Part shown: positions 35,571 to 47,319 of the stretch, piece by piece
How positions within the stretch are numbered: position 1 is the stretch's first letter
How the letters are laid out: each line of letters opens with the position of its first letter
Source: Psammoneis japonica
Lineage: Eukaryota
Assembly: GCA_008632985.1 (NCBI GenBank)
Contig: QPGO01000098.1
Span: 186,001 to 234,696 of the forward strand
Length of the DNA: 48,696 bases
Direction of reading: 5' to 3'
Notes under the pieces: generated by a model
What the model saw: the letters and a program-made list of their open reading frames with translations, nothing else
Databases searched by the model: none
Told to the model about the DNA's origin: nothing
Position numbers and translations under genes: made by a program

Positions 35571-37124
35571 CCATGCAACAGCGCAAGTCGTCGTACCGGA
35601 TAACTGGTTATTCTTATCTAATCCACATTTCTTATATGCAAGTTTGGGCTAGTAGTGTCACTTTTTCTCTTGAGTGATGTGCGACCAATCTTGGACCTTT
35701 CTGGATCGACCGATCGTGAAGACGGGTGCGATTGATTCTTCGACAAATGCTACAAACGCGTTCATCGTGTTGTTCAATCAAGCAGCAGTGAGAGAAGATG
35801 CCGCTTATGCGCGTAACATTGTATTGCCGCGACCCGTGTCGCGTGAAAAGTAAAAATGGACAAGTAACTACCAATTTATTAAGACACGCCTCATCTTTGA
35901 ACTACGTCTTCTCTATAGTAGCATCATGTTTGTTGATGATACACTCTACGCAAAACGCACTGGTACGAAGTCCCAATTCCGCGACATGCGCCAAGTCGAC
36001 TAACCATTGCTTCCCAAGCAACGGACAGTTTGGGCAGGTCCAAGTCCTGGGTGAGGAGTCCCCCCTTGTCGATGCGCCCCAAAGACAACATCCATCATTT
36101 CAGGGTGCGGACTAAAGAATCGGTCCTTTTGGGTGAGACTTCCTCCTTGCTGCCAAGCACCAGCATCTCCCAGGTCGTTCCTGGAACAAGTGTGTTGCAT
36201 TTCTTCAAGCAAAACAGAGAAATGACTGCAAGTGTGAACCAAGGCTGTGCTGAGAAAACGATGAAAACAATCCCTGCACTGGGTCAAACAATGCTCTTCT
36301 GTGTCCAATGAAGCTGTCTTGCCCCCCTCGACTCAAGAGTGCTGCAACCACTGATCCAGCATTGATTCTCACAAATGAGGACCGCCTCCTCATGTTTCTG
36401 CATGCTGCACCAGACACAGCCACGTGGGGCATCCAGGGGAGGGAAGCCAACCAAAATCTCCTGCAACAACATTCCCACCAAGCATGCCACGCAACAACAA
36501 GCCCATCTGGTTGCCATCTTCAAACTCTTCAGGAAGCAAACTGCACTCCATGCACACATGTGAACCAAACAACCAGATTTGACACCAGAGCTGTGCTGTG
36601 ATGACCCCTCTGCATGGCAACAATGCACTCATGTGTGCAGAACAGGATCACCCTTGCTGACACCTGTGACCCAAGCCCAGCTTGAGCAACTCATGTGTCA
36701 GCAACAGCCAGTCTTCTGCAGCCCAAAAAAACTTGATCAAGCACCTGTGAATGCACGCTCTCAGGGTCAGGGTTGTTGGGGTCGGGGTTGGGATTTCGGG
36801 CATTGTTTGGTGAGAGTGTGTGTGTGTAAGAAGTTGTGTGGGTCACTCGCAAATGAGAAAGAGAGCTGTGCAGTGGCACAAGGTTCACAGTGGCGCACTT
36901 GTTTGGAAAGAGAGATTGTGTGATGACACATGATGGAGGTCAGGAATGCTGAGCTTGTCTTTGGAGTCAAAGAATGGCGCAACAATGAAAAGACAAACAA
37001 GCTCCATTGTGTCAACAAACTGCAAATTCATGAGGTTGTGGTCAGCTTTGAAGATTGTGCATCTGCGAAACTGTCCGAAACAACTGCTCGAATGTGAAAG
37101 TGTGCATGTTGTTTGTCCTCTGTT

Positions 37125-37262
37125 TTGAGCACATTTGCCACAAATGTGCTGAGCCAACTGGGTGCCCCTGGGCACAATGGTGACATGCTTGGCATGGATT
37201 GTGCAAAGGTTGGCATTTTCAAATGAGCCAACAAGACATGCTGCTCCAGAAGCTCCTTGTGC
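37125..37262 (-). pseudogene. Histone H3 C-terminal relic
   Basis: [38 protein letters not shown] aligns with H3 [37 protein letters not shown]. Confidence 0.85.
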
Positions 37263-37617
37263 AGGGGCTCTGACCGCTTTTCCCACAATGTGTGGCAGGC
37301 ATGGTGCAACACAATGGGTGCATCATTCTTTCCCATGAGCAATCAGCCAAAACACTTGATGCTGATCCGCTGTGCACCGACACTTTGCGCACACTTTTTT
37401 CTTGTCATTTTCTTGTGCTGGCACTTTGTGCAAACTTCTTTTTTCTCAGTTTCGTCTTGAACAAATGCAAAAGTTTTGACACCGCCATGTCCCCTGTCAA
37501 ACAACCTTGGTGCAAGAAGTCAGTCCTCTGTTTGACTCCAAACAACAATGCATCTTTTTGTTGATTTCACCATCTTGTTAAAGAGCTTGCCAAAGGAGTC
37601 TTTCAAAAGAGGGTGTT

Positions 37618-37680
37618 GAACCTGCACTGTCAAACATTCCAAGGTGCCGCCAACGCAACCTGCGGCAGTCTTGTCTTGGC
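37618..37680 (-). pseudogene. Possible histone H2A/H2A.Z-like relic
   Basis: TAAGCVGGTLECLTVQV versus H2A.Z TAAVYSAAILEYLTAEV. The match is short. Confidence 0.35.
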
Positions 37681-38250
37681 CCAGCAGCTAACCAGCCATG
37701 TGTGAAGACGAAAAAAATTTGAATGCTTGTAATGTGGGTCGTGGGCTTCATTTTTACTTAGAGGCGATGGTCTCTCTTTTCCGTTGCCAACGCGCCAGCC
37801 CAGATCAAATTTTCTAAAGACGAAAACAATGAGTTGTGCGCGAGAGGTGAGGCTGAGACAACGAAATCACGAAGCCATTTCGCGTTCGTCACAACAACTT
37901 TGCTCTGGTGCATCGGCCATCTGTCTGTCGAGGAGGCAAATTTGCATTAAAACAACAAGACAATGAAAGAAGAGACAGGGCAAGGAATCATGTCAATGAA
38001 GGACGTGCGCATTGCTGAGGCAAAGTAGTGCGGCATTAACACAGAACTCTCGCTGGCTTTGGGTTTCATTCGCAAGGTCTGTCAATTCCCTGAAACACGA
38101 TGCGGATGGCGAGACGCACCCAGAGAACTCCTTTCCAGTGACGCTTTTAGCGGCGCAGTCCTGCCGCATGTCCAAATGGATGAGAAAATGGATCGCCTCA
38201 GTCCAGCGGCATGGTGTGGAGCATGGAGGCATTCATCATCTGTGTGTGGT

Positions 38251-41200
38251 CTACACAGTGCGTTTTATGTATTGTCGTGAGATAGGATCGACGCGGAAGG
38301 GCGTCCTGAGTTTCGAACACTCTCCCCATGGAGTCGCTTCGATTTCAAACTTGAAGGTCACGGCAGGGCCTTCACCGGCATCCGAAAAGACTTCCCCATG
38401 CCACATTTGCTTCTCGTGATCACTGTTTGCATCTGATTTGGCCTCAAGGCCTACAACGATCTTTACATTCCTCTCTTTTGCAAGGATAAATCGCTCTGTA
38501 CGAAGGTGACCCCATAAAACTCGGAAGGCGCCATCTGCGGTGCCACCAGCAGCGCGTTTAACGCCGTGGGAGATGGCCTCTATGATGCATCGAACCAAAT
38601 GTGAGACTGGAAAAGCAGGCACGTCGTCAAAATGACCTGCGCACATCTCCTCTGGAACAGACTCCAGCATCAGAACTGTTTTGGAAGCATTGAAGCTCTT
38701 TCTTCCACCGAGAGGCTCGTTGCATTCACAGTCAGACCCGACGAGCATTGCTGGAGGCAACGTCACGAGAGCAGGCTGCTCAGAGTTCGGAACAGCAACT
38801 CCGCATCTCGTCATTCCCATGACAGAATGAAAATGGCCGGCCGGAATCACATTGTGCTCGGTGCGCAGCGAAGCAATCAGCTCTCCCGTTGCTGTGTTGA
38901 ATGCTTCCGAGACTGCCACCCCGCGATTTTTCGGCAAGTCAAGAGACTCTTTCCGGCCAACTGGGCGGCATGAGGTCACCGGAACGCCCTCCAACACCGG
39001 AGAAAGAAGTGTTGACTCCAAAACGGGGTAGCAAGATTGCTTGTCCTGGAGATTTTTGTCCAGACTCAATGCATGCGAGCCGACAATCGCCATGTGGCGA
39101 GCAAGCTCAGCAAGAGGAGCACAGCTTGTCGTACTCTCTGCTCCATCGATCGTTTCGGGATACGCAGTAGCCTCGACGGAGTCCTCGTCTATTTGAACTG
39201 CATCTTTAAGATTGTTGTAAGGCTCACGAACAAGGACGCGATCTTGGAATGGAAGGATGTTGTTGTCGCCGTGGCCGACGGCTTCCTTGGGCGGGCTCTG
39301 CAATGTTTTGAAGTCTTCCGAAGAACCATTCTCAAGCATTTCCTCTAGAAGTTGTGAAGCCAGAGAACGAATGCTTGGAGCAGAAATTGGGGTCATTGCA
39401 CTGAGTCTTTGTCCCGTGAGATCCTCAATTTTCGTCGAAAGTTGCACGGCTACCATAGAATCAACGCCAAGGTCGCGAAGCGATTTTTGATCATCCATTT
39501 TGGAAGAATCCATTCGAAGAACGAAGGCAGCGGCCTCTGTGATCATCGAGCTCACCCGTCGGACAGCATTCTTAGGGTCAGCCAACAATTCCTCTCGAAA
39601 CTTCTCGGTTTTACTCTTTGCTGACGCCTTGGCGCTAGAATGCCGTGCCTCAGCCTCCTGAATCAGGCCCCGCATGTGAGGGAATTCAGCACCCTTCCAG
39701 CTGGAATCCCATTTCAAAAAGTCTGCCTTTGCAACTAGACACAAGGGCTTGTGTTCATCACGCTCCTTGACAGAAGAAACTCAAGTGCTTGTCGGACCAT
39801 TTTCATCGACGTCGGTGGGATTCCCAAAGAGGAAAGATGCTGCTTCACTGCTTCATTCCGTGCCACGTGCCCAATGTCAAGTGATCCCAGTGCCATGGCC
39901 AAAGCCGGAAGTCCTTCATTGCTGCGCCTGGAAGCAAGGCCTTCCAAGAATGCATTGGCAGCAGCGCACATGGTTTGACGACCATTGCCAAACATGCTCG
40001 AAACAGAAGAAACTAAGACAAAGTGATCAAGTGTGGGAATGTTGCGAGAAGCTGCGTCAAGGCACATTGCGCCTGTGGTCTTTGCTTCCAGGCTCTCTTC
40101 GATGTCATGAGCTGTCAACATTGTGACACCCAAATCATTGTGCGAGACTGCGGCATGGAAAACACCAGCCACAGGTGGGATCGTCTCAGTTCCGTCAATT
40201 TCTTGGAAAAGGCGCTCTACAGCACGCATGTCCGACACATTTACAGCATGAACCGATGCAATCCCTTCGTTGGTTGGCATGTGAAGTCGCTTTTGATCAG
40301 CCTCGTTCTTGCATGTCCCAGACCGGCTCACTAGCACAAGATGTCCGGCTCCTAGAGAAGCAAGAACCTGTGCCAGCTGAAGTCCGAAACCACTGAGTCC
40401 GCCCGTAATGACATGGGATCGATCCTGACGAATGTTGGCTGGAGAGGCAGTGACATCCATGGGAAAGTGCCCGCTTCTCCAATCAATGACAGCTTTGCCA
40501 ACACATTTGCTGGAAGAAAGACACTGGAAAGCTTCCTGTGCCTCTTGAGGTTGGAAGACGCGCGTCGGAAGTGGCGCGAGTTTTCCTTCCTCCAAGAGTT
40601 GCATCACGGCAGAAAAGTGTTTTTGTACGACGGAGTGGTCATCGTTCTTCGACTGTTCTTCGATTAATACATCCAGGTCAATGGCGTGGTGTGACATAGA
40701 TCGGCAGAATGGAGTCATCGAGATGCGATTACCTGAAGCCATGTCGCCTTTTCCGATGTCAAGGTAGCGCCCGCCTGCAGCCATTGCTCGAAGCCCGACA
40801 TCGAGACTCTCTCCTGCTTGCGCAGACAACAAAGCCTGGACACCCCTTCCGTTTGTCACACGAAGCACTTCCTCGCCCCAATTCAATGAGCGCGAGTCAA
40901 AAACATGTTCTACGCCCAGTTGTTCGCGGAGGTAATCTCTTTTTTCTTGGGTGCCAGCGGTGGCGATAATCTCAGCACCAAGCAACCTTGCTACCTGTAT
41001 GGCAGACAGACCAACACCCCCAGCTGCAGAATGAATCAGAACTGTCTCCCCCGATTGTACGTTGCCGGCAACCACAAGAGCATAATATGCTGTCAAATAC
41101 ACGAGCCCGCAGCTAGCAACAGGAGAAGAAACATTGTTCGGTACCTTGATACACATCCCCTCTTCCTCCACTATTAGAGACCCCAGCTGCGATCTAGTGG

Positions 41201-44200
41201 CTGGAACAGCAACCCTGTCGCCAACGCGGATGGATTGCACATTCGGCCCAACCGCAGACACGATTCCAGCGCAGTCCAACCCAAATGATTCTTGTGAGTA
41301 GCTCCCAGAGAGAGCTCTGGGGTTGATACTACCCAGAACCTTGAGACAGTCTTTGAAATTAATGGATGAACAGTCGACTTCAACTGCCACTTGTTGACCC
41401 ATTAGTTGCGAAGCACTCCTTTGGATCGGCTCAAATTCGATTGACGACAAGTCTCCGGGCCTAGAGACAACAAGCCTTGCTCCAGAATTTCTGACTTGCT
41501 CTTCCACCATGAACGAACTGCCACTGCCACATGAGATGCCGTCCGGGAGGTTCGCGTGTCCGGCTTCGTCAAGCCAGTGATGACTCAAACGAGGTACGTA
41601 GGCTTCCGTCATTCCGGACCGCAGCGCAACATATTGCTGACCTTCGGCCCGCGCAGCATCGACGACATCTGATATTCTGTCAACATTAATCGCTCGATCC
41701 AAGTCTACGATGCTAGCCGAAAGCTTTGGGTGTTCCACATTCGCACTTCGAACGAAACCCCACAAGGCAGCCTGTACAGGATCGACCGATTCACCTTCGT
41801 TAACTGCCACGGCTTCAAGCGACACAACTAATAGTTTTTGGCCTATAGACAAGGCACCCTGAGTAGCAAGAACAAGATTGCCAATCATTTCAGAAGCGGT
41901 CATGCCAGCCTCGTAGTCCATACAAGCGAAGAAAATTGCAAGTTCAGCGTCGGTCCGAAGTTCACCCATTTCCAGCCCCGACGCTGTTGTAATGAGCAGT
42001 TCTTCTGGCTTCACGCTAGATGAAATCTCGACCCTGTGACCTCCTACCGAACGCTCCCATTCTAACGAGTACAGATGATCAGATAGAGGGGCTTCTTCTG
42101 TACTCGATTTTGGGATGGGAGCACAGCAGAGATCGTTCACAGTCAACTGCAGCTCTCCTTTACCTCCAAAGATCTTAATATCGCCCACAGCCTCGAGAGA
42201 ACTCAGCTTTTTAAGCTCGACGATCGCTGTCACGCCAGTTTCCACCTTGTTGTATGCAATGACGGAGCCGACTTGAACAGGCAACCAACCGGTGGGCCCT
42301 CCGTTGCGAGTCTTCTGGATCATCTTGACAAGAACTTGAAAGGCTGAATCTAGCAAACCCGCATCGACTATGCTGTTGCCAACGGAATTCGGCTGAATAA
42401 TCGAGATTTGGGCCTTGTCGCTCGCCAACGTAATCGATGAGACGCATCGAAAGCGTGGACCATAGGATAGGCCGACGTCAGCAAGATCGTTGTAAAAGTG
42501 CTCAATGTCGACTTTGATCGGGACCGGGGAAGAAGGCAGCGAAGGAAAGGTTTCCGTATTGCCCAGCGAAGCAAAGGAAGAAATGCTAGAATCCACAATT
42601 CTTCCGCTGCAGTGGTAAGACCAAGGCTGTGAATCCCCTCCCGAGCGGCTGGTGATATCAAACCTGCATCGGTCATTTGTGTTGACTTGTATCTGCAACT
42701 GTGTCGCATTCCGCATTCCATTTGATTGCTTCTTGGCCAAGGGGAGTGGAGCCTGGAACTTCATATCTTGAATCGCAATGGGCTTGGCGATGCTCGATTT
42801 GCTCACTGATGTAGCAGTAGGATCACCCTGGAGACAAGCGACTTCAAGGGCGGATTCTATGTACGCAGCCGCTGGAAGAATCGCTTGGTTGTCGATGACA
42901 TGATCTTCCAGCCATTTATGGCGAGAGGAGTCAAGGCGGGTGTTCCACTGAGGAACCCCCGCTCCGACAGAAAACTTATCGAGGAGTGCCCCCGGTGGGA
43001 TATCAGGTGCTAATGATCGATCCCAGAAGGTCTCCTTCTGCCAAGAGTATGTCGGAAGACTTGTCAGGCGCAAGAAAGGGACATCTGTATCTGTAGTCCT
43101 TGGCCACGCAATTTTCGTTCCGGTGACGAAAGCTTGCGCTAGAGCAGCATCGAGAACGTTTGCTTCTTGCGTTTTTCGCTTCATAAGAAACGCGGTCGTC
43201 ATATCTGTAATTCCCTCTTCGGCGCCAACTGTATGGATGGACGCTGCGAGTACAGGATGAGGGCCTATCTCTATGAAGTTCCTGCGGCCATCGTGAAGAG
43301 CAGCGCGCATGGCGCCAGAAAAGTCAACAGGGTCACGCATGTTGCGCCACCAATAATCTGGAGAGTGAATACTTCCCTGGATTTTGCCGCCTACCGATGT
43401 CGAGTAGAGAGGCACTTCTGGAGGACACACAGATTTCAGACCGTGTTCGCCTCCTAGCATCGACATCATGTCACGTTCGATATTTTCTGCTTCCATGTGA
43501 TGACTGTGATAGGCGACTTCGACTTTCATCTTTGCGTAGAAGGTACCTTCTGGGATTGCATCGCGCAAGTCCGCCAAGGCATCATTGTCTCCCGCCACTG
43601 TCACCATATCAGCTGAATTATAAGCCGCAATATCGATTCGGCCACAACAGAAGCCTCATGTATGTATTCTGTCATCTTCTGAGCCGATACACCAATTGCG
43701 ACCATACCACCACGCCCAGCCACTCTCTGCTGGACAGTTGCTCTGGCATGAACGACTCTGGCGGCGTCCTTGATGGAAAGGCAGCCAGCAGCAACAGCAG
43801 CTGTCACCTCGCCAACGGAGTGACCAATGATCGCGGAAGGACGAACAAGACGATCCTGCAACAACCGAAGCAGCCCAATCTGTAATATGAAGTTTGCCGG
43901 TTGGGCCACGTCGTTTCTGGCCATCTCGGACTCGTCGGGAGAAGGCTTGAACATTTTCGGAACAATTGGATCACCCCCTGCTGAAACGTATGCCGCATTG
44001 GCTTCGTCGACGCCACAACGGAAAATCGGATCGCTAGCGTAGAGCTGGGATCCCATAGCCCACCACTGCGGACCCATTCCAGTGAAAACGAAAACACACT
44101 CGTCATCTGAACCACGATGCGTTTGTCCGACGAATACGTCTCGAATTCCCGGCTGTCACAGCTTGTTTCCGCCAATACCGACAGTCCATGAACAAAGTCG

Positions 44201-45774
44201 TCAAGACAAGCCGCTCTAAGGACGGCCCTGCATTCGAAGTGAGATCGATGAACAGCAAGAGTGTAGTAGAGTCGATGCAGGAACAGCGACTCTTCTTCTT
44301 CAGTATGGACGCGCTCTTGCTGAATATAAGCCAGGAGGTCTTTGGCATAACTCTGGAGCGCCTCTTGCGATCTTGCAGAAACCGGGATGAGGTATGAATA
44401 GACATTAGTGGTGCTGAAGCTAGGGGCTGTAGCGGGAATAGGGTGTTCAATCGCAGGAGCAGCAGACAGCAAGGCGTGGCAGTTTGTACCACCATAACCA
44501 AAACTGTTCACAGCAACGACTGCATTCTCGGAATCAATAGGCCGAGTCTCATTGGGGACCTCGATGCCGTAGCTTGGACCAATTTCAAGCTCCGTCCTCA
44601 GACTTCCTTTGAGAATAGAGTGCTTCGGAATCAGCCCCTTTTGCACGGCCATCGCAGCCCTAATTATTCCGGCAACACCGGCAGCTCCCTCACAGTGACC
44701 AATGTTGCTCTTCACACTTGCCACCGCAATGGGGCTGCCTGCGACGTGATGCTTTCCATAGCTTTCAGCTATAGCACCAATCTCACACTTGTCGCCTGCT
44801 TTAGTGCCAGTGCCGTGAGCCTCAATGAACACAACGTCATCGGGAGCAATGGAAGCACGACGGAGGGTTTTAGTCATCAGGCGGTGCTGAGCATCACGGG
44901 AGGGCGACGCAATTCCTACGGTGCGTCCATCCTGGTTGATACCAGTGCCGCGAATGACAGCAACAATGTTGTCGCCATTCATGATGGCATCCTCGAGGCG
45001 ACGGAGAACGACGACGCCACACCCTTCTGCACGGGCATATCCATCGGCGAGATCGGTGAAGGTCTTACAGTGTCCATCAGGAGCAAGGAACCCTCCCTTG
45101 CTCATCCACACCATCATCTCCTTGCTGTGGATAGCATTGACGCCACCAGCGAGAGCCATGTCACACTCCTCATCGAGAAGAGCCTTCACAGCTAAATGAA
45201 TTGCCACGAGCGAGGACGAACAGGCCGTGTCGACTGTAAGACACGGGCCTTGGAGGTCGAAAGCGTGAGCTAGACGAGCCGAAACCATCGTCTGCGTCAT
45301 GGAGAATGCCGTGGTGGTACCAGCGCTTTCGATGTCCTTGCCCTGGACTAACATGTTGTCCATGGTGAAGCTTCCCACGAAGACAGCCGTATCGGATCCT
45401 TGAAGAACTTCTCGAGTAATACCGGCATTTTCAACAGCCTCCCATGTCACAGTCAAGAGAAGGCGCTGCTGAGGATCAAGTTTCTCGGCTTCGACAGGAG
45501 AGACATCGAAGAAAGATGTGTCAAAGTCACACATGTCTTTCTTGGCAAGGAATCCTGCACGATCCACGTGGGATATGCCAGGCACGTTCTTGTCAGCATC
45601 ACTTTCAAGCTCGCGGCACCAGCGTTCGCGAGGGATGGGAACGATACCATCGCCATCGGCTTGAGTAAAGTTCCAGAGGTCTTCAGCGTTCTTAACGCCT
45701 CCAGGGAAACGGCAGCCAGTGCCAACAATGGCGATGGCATCCTTGGGGAAGAGGTTTGCCGCGTTGAGCTTCAT
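38251..45774 (-). CDS. Intronless single-module highly reducing type I polyketide synthase, KS-AT-DH-psiKR-ER-KR-ACP-(hotdog-like C-terminal domain). Frameshifts at ~44120, ~43630 and ~39740; possibly a pseudogene
   Basis: KS DTACSSS/EAHGTGT/GHCEGAAG/NSFGYGGTN. AT VFVFTGMGPQW, GHSVG, AYHSH. DH WLEDHVIDNQAILP, LLDSAFQ. ER LIHSAAGGVG. KR ITGGLSGFG. ACP LGVDSM. ORFs 43804..45996, 43601..44077, 39735..43607 and 38251..39744 are consecutive. Probable ATG at 45774. Confidence 0.92.
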
Positions 45775-46230
45775 GGCTTGGAAAGGACAAGAGCTTGTTT
45801 GGAATATGTACTTTGTCAATCTTTTGACAAGAATTTTGTGAGTTCGGTCAGACAGATGCGCTTGTGCTGGACGTCCGAACGAGTCGTCATCGCGAAGTCT
45901 GGAAAACTGCTTGCAGTTTTTATAACATGACTGACGGTGTGCGGCAATGCGGCATGTTTTACGTAGCTCCTCACGAGATAGATACCGGTAGGTCAACTCT
46001 TAGTAAGCAACAAGTCAAAGACATGCCGGTAATAATGTACACGGTGGGTTCATAGCTCCTCGCGCGTAATCAATCATACTCGGTACTGCGTAGATCCTAC
46101 AGCACGCAGGCCCTTCATACAATGCGCGTCACTTCCGCGGTGGCCAGTCGCGCCGTGACTCGATTGCGTGGAACTCTCTGATCTGACCACGGCACTTCCA
46201 GTGGGAGGAGGAGTGGTTTACACCACCCGT

Positions 46231-46679
46231 CTGCAGCATGCATGCAGACAAAAGGTCATTTTTGTCACGCCCTTTGTGACATTTAAAGGCTGTGACACGT
46301 CGCCGTGATGCATTGACTCTTGTCAGCAGCTGCACGTTGCACTCCTCCCCATGCATCGTGCGTCCACGCGGCTCTTAAATGACGTGCACTGACACTGCAC
46401 GGTTTTGGCGGAACAGTGTGGGTACGTGCGAAGGAACATGCAGAACTGCACAGAGTTTTGCGCGTTCGACAGTGATCAACGTTGCTGCAGACAACTCCCA
46501 CTCAGGGTTTCGAACCCCTGGCCTCCTGCCTGATGGTCACGATGAACCACTCCGCTGTGAATTCACAATGCAGCATGCATGCAGACAAAAGGTTGTTTTT
46601 GTCACACCCTTTGTGACATTTAAAGGCTGCAACATGTCGCCGTGACACGTTGACTCTCATCAGCAGCTGCGTGTTGCAC
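46231..46679 (+). repeat. ~110-bp direct repeat (46231..46341 and 46569..46679)
   Basis: gcagcatgcatgcagacaaaagg..ttgtcac.ccctttgtgacatttaaaggctg...cagcagctgc...ttgcac occurs twice. Confidence 0.9.
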
Positions 46680-46767
46680 GTCTCGTCAGTTCTCCCACAG
46701 CTCTCTAGTTGCAACAACTGGAGCAGCCGGGATTTCCAACGTGGTGGACTGGGATGGCTTTGCCAGT

Positions 46768-46862
46768 GGATGCACAAGCCTCATCCCAAAAACCCAAGCT
46801 GGAGCGGGATGGCTTCACTGGCGGATGCACGAGCCTCATCCCAAAAAACCAAGCTGGAGCGG
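46768..46862 (+). repeat. ~55-bp tandem duplication
   Basis: ggatgcac(a/g)agcctcatcccaaaaa.ccaagctggagcgg occurs twice. Confidence 0.8.
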
Positions 46863-47319
46863 CAGGGCCAGAGGGCGAGAGAGGTGGGAGCGTTAAAAAC
46901 TGTCTGAGACGGCCTGTTGCTCTTGGTTTGCTCTTTGGAAGAATGTGAGAAGAGCAAGTGTTTTTCCAAGAGAAAACGGCAGTTGCTCTTTTTGCCTGCA
47001 CGTGCACGCTCAAATTTAAAAACTGCGGCCACAAATGACCCAACGGCCAAAGTGGGGTCATTGCCTCATTGAGCTGCACGAGGTTGGCAGCTCAGCTGTC
47101 AATTTCTTCTGGAGGGCAAGTGGGCTGTGTTCTCCAACCCGCCAACACCCAAAACACCTGTGCTAGAGTCAACTTGCATGGGCATGCACACGGCACTCTG
47201 TGTTTCAGATTTTGCCTCACTTTCTTGAGCTTCTGCACCAAATGAGCCACTTGTTCCCACACAGAAAGCTCGCAACAGCACACAGCTGGCTCTGTCCATC
47301 AGACAAAAGAACAAGCCTG

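Larger units (their letters stand above)
36050..38230. other. CpG/TpA-depleted hypermutated block
   Basis: TA is nearly absent throughout and CG is scarce in the core (36200-37650). Contains histone relics. Confidence 0.8.

Noticed and set aside
44443..45930. Long plus-strand ORFs (250 aa, 176 aa)
   Set aside because: Antisense shadows of the PKS KS domain.
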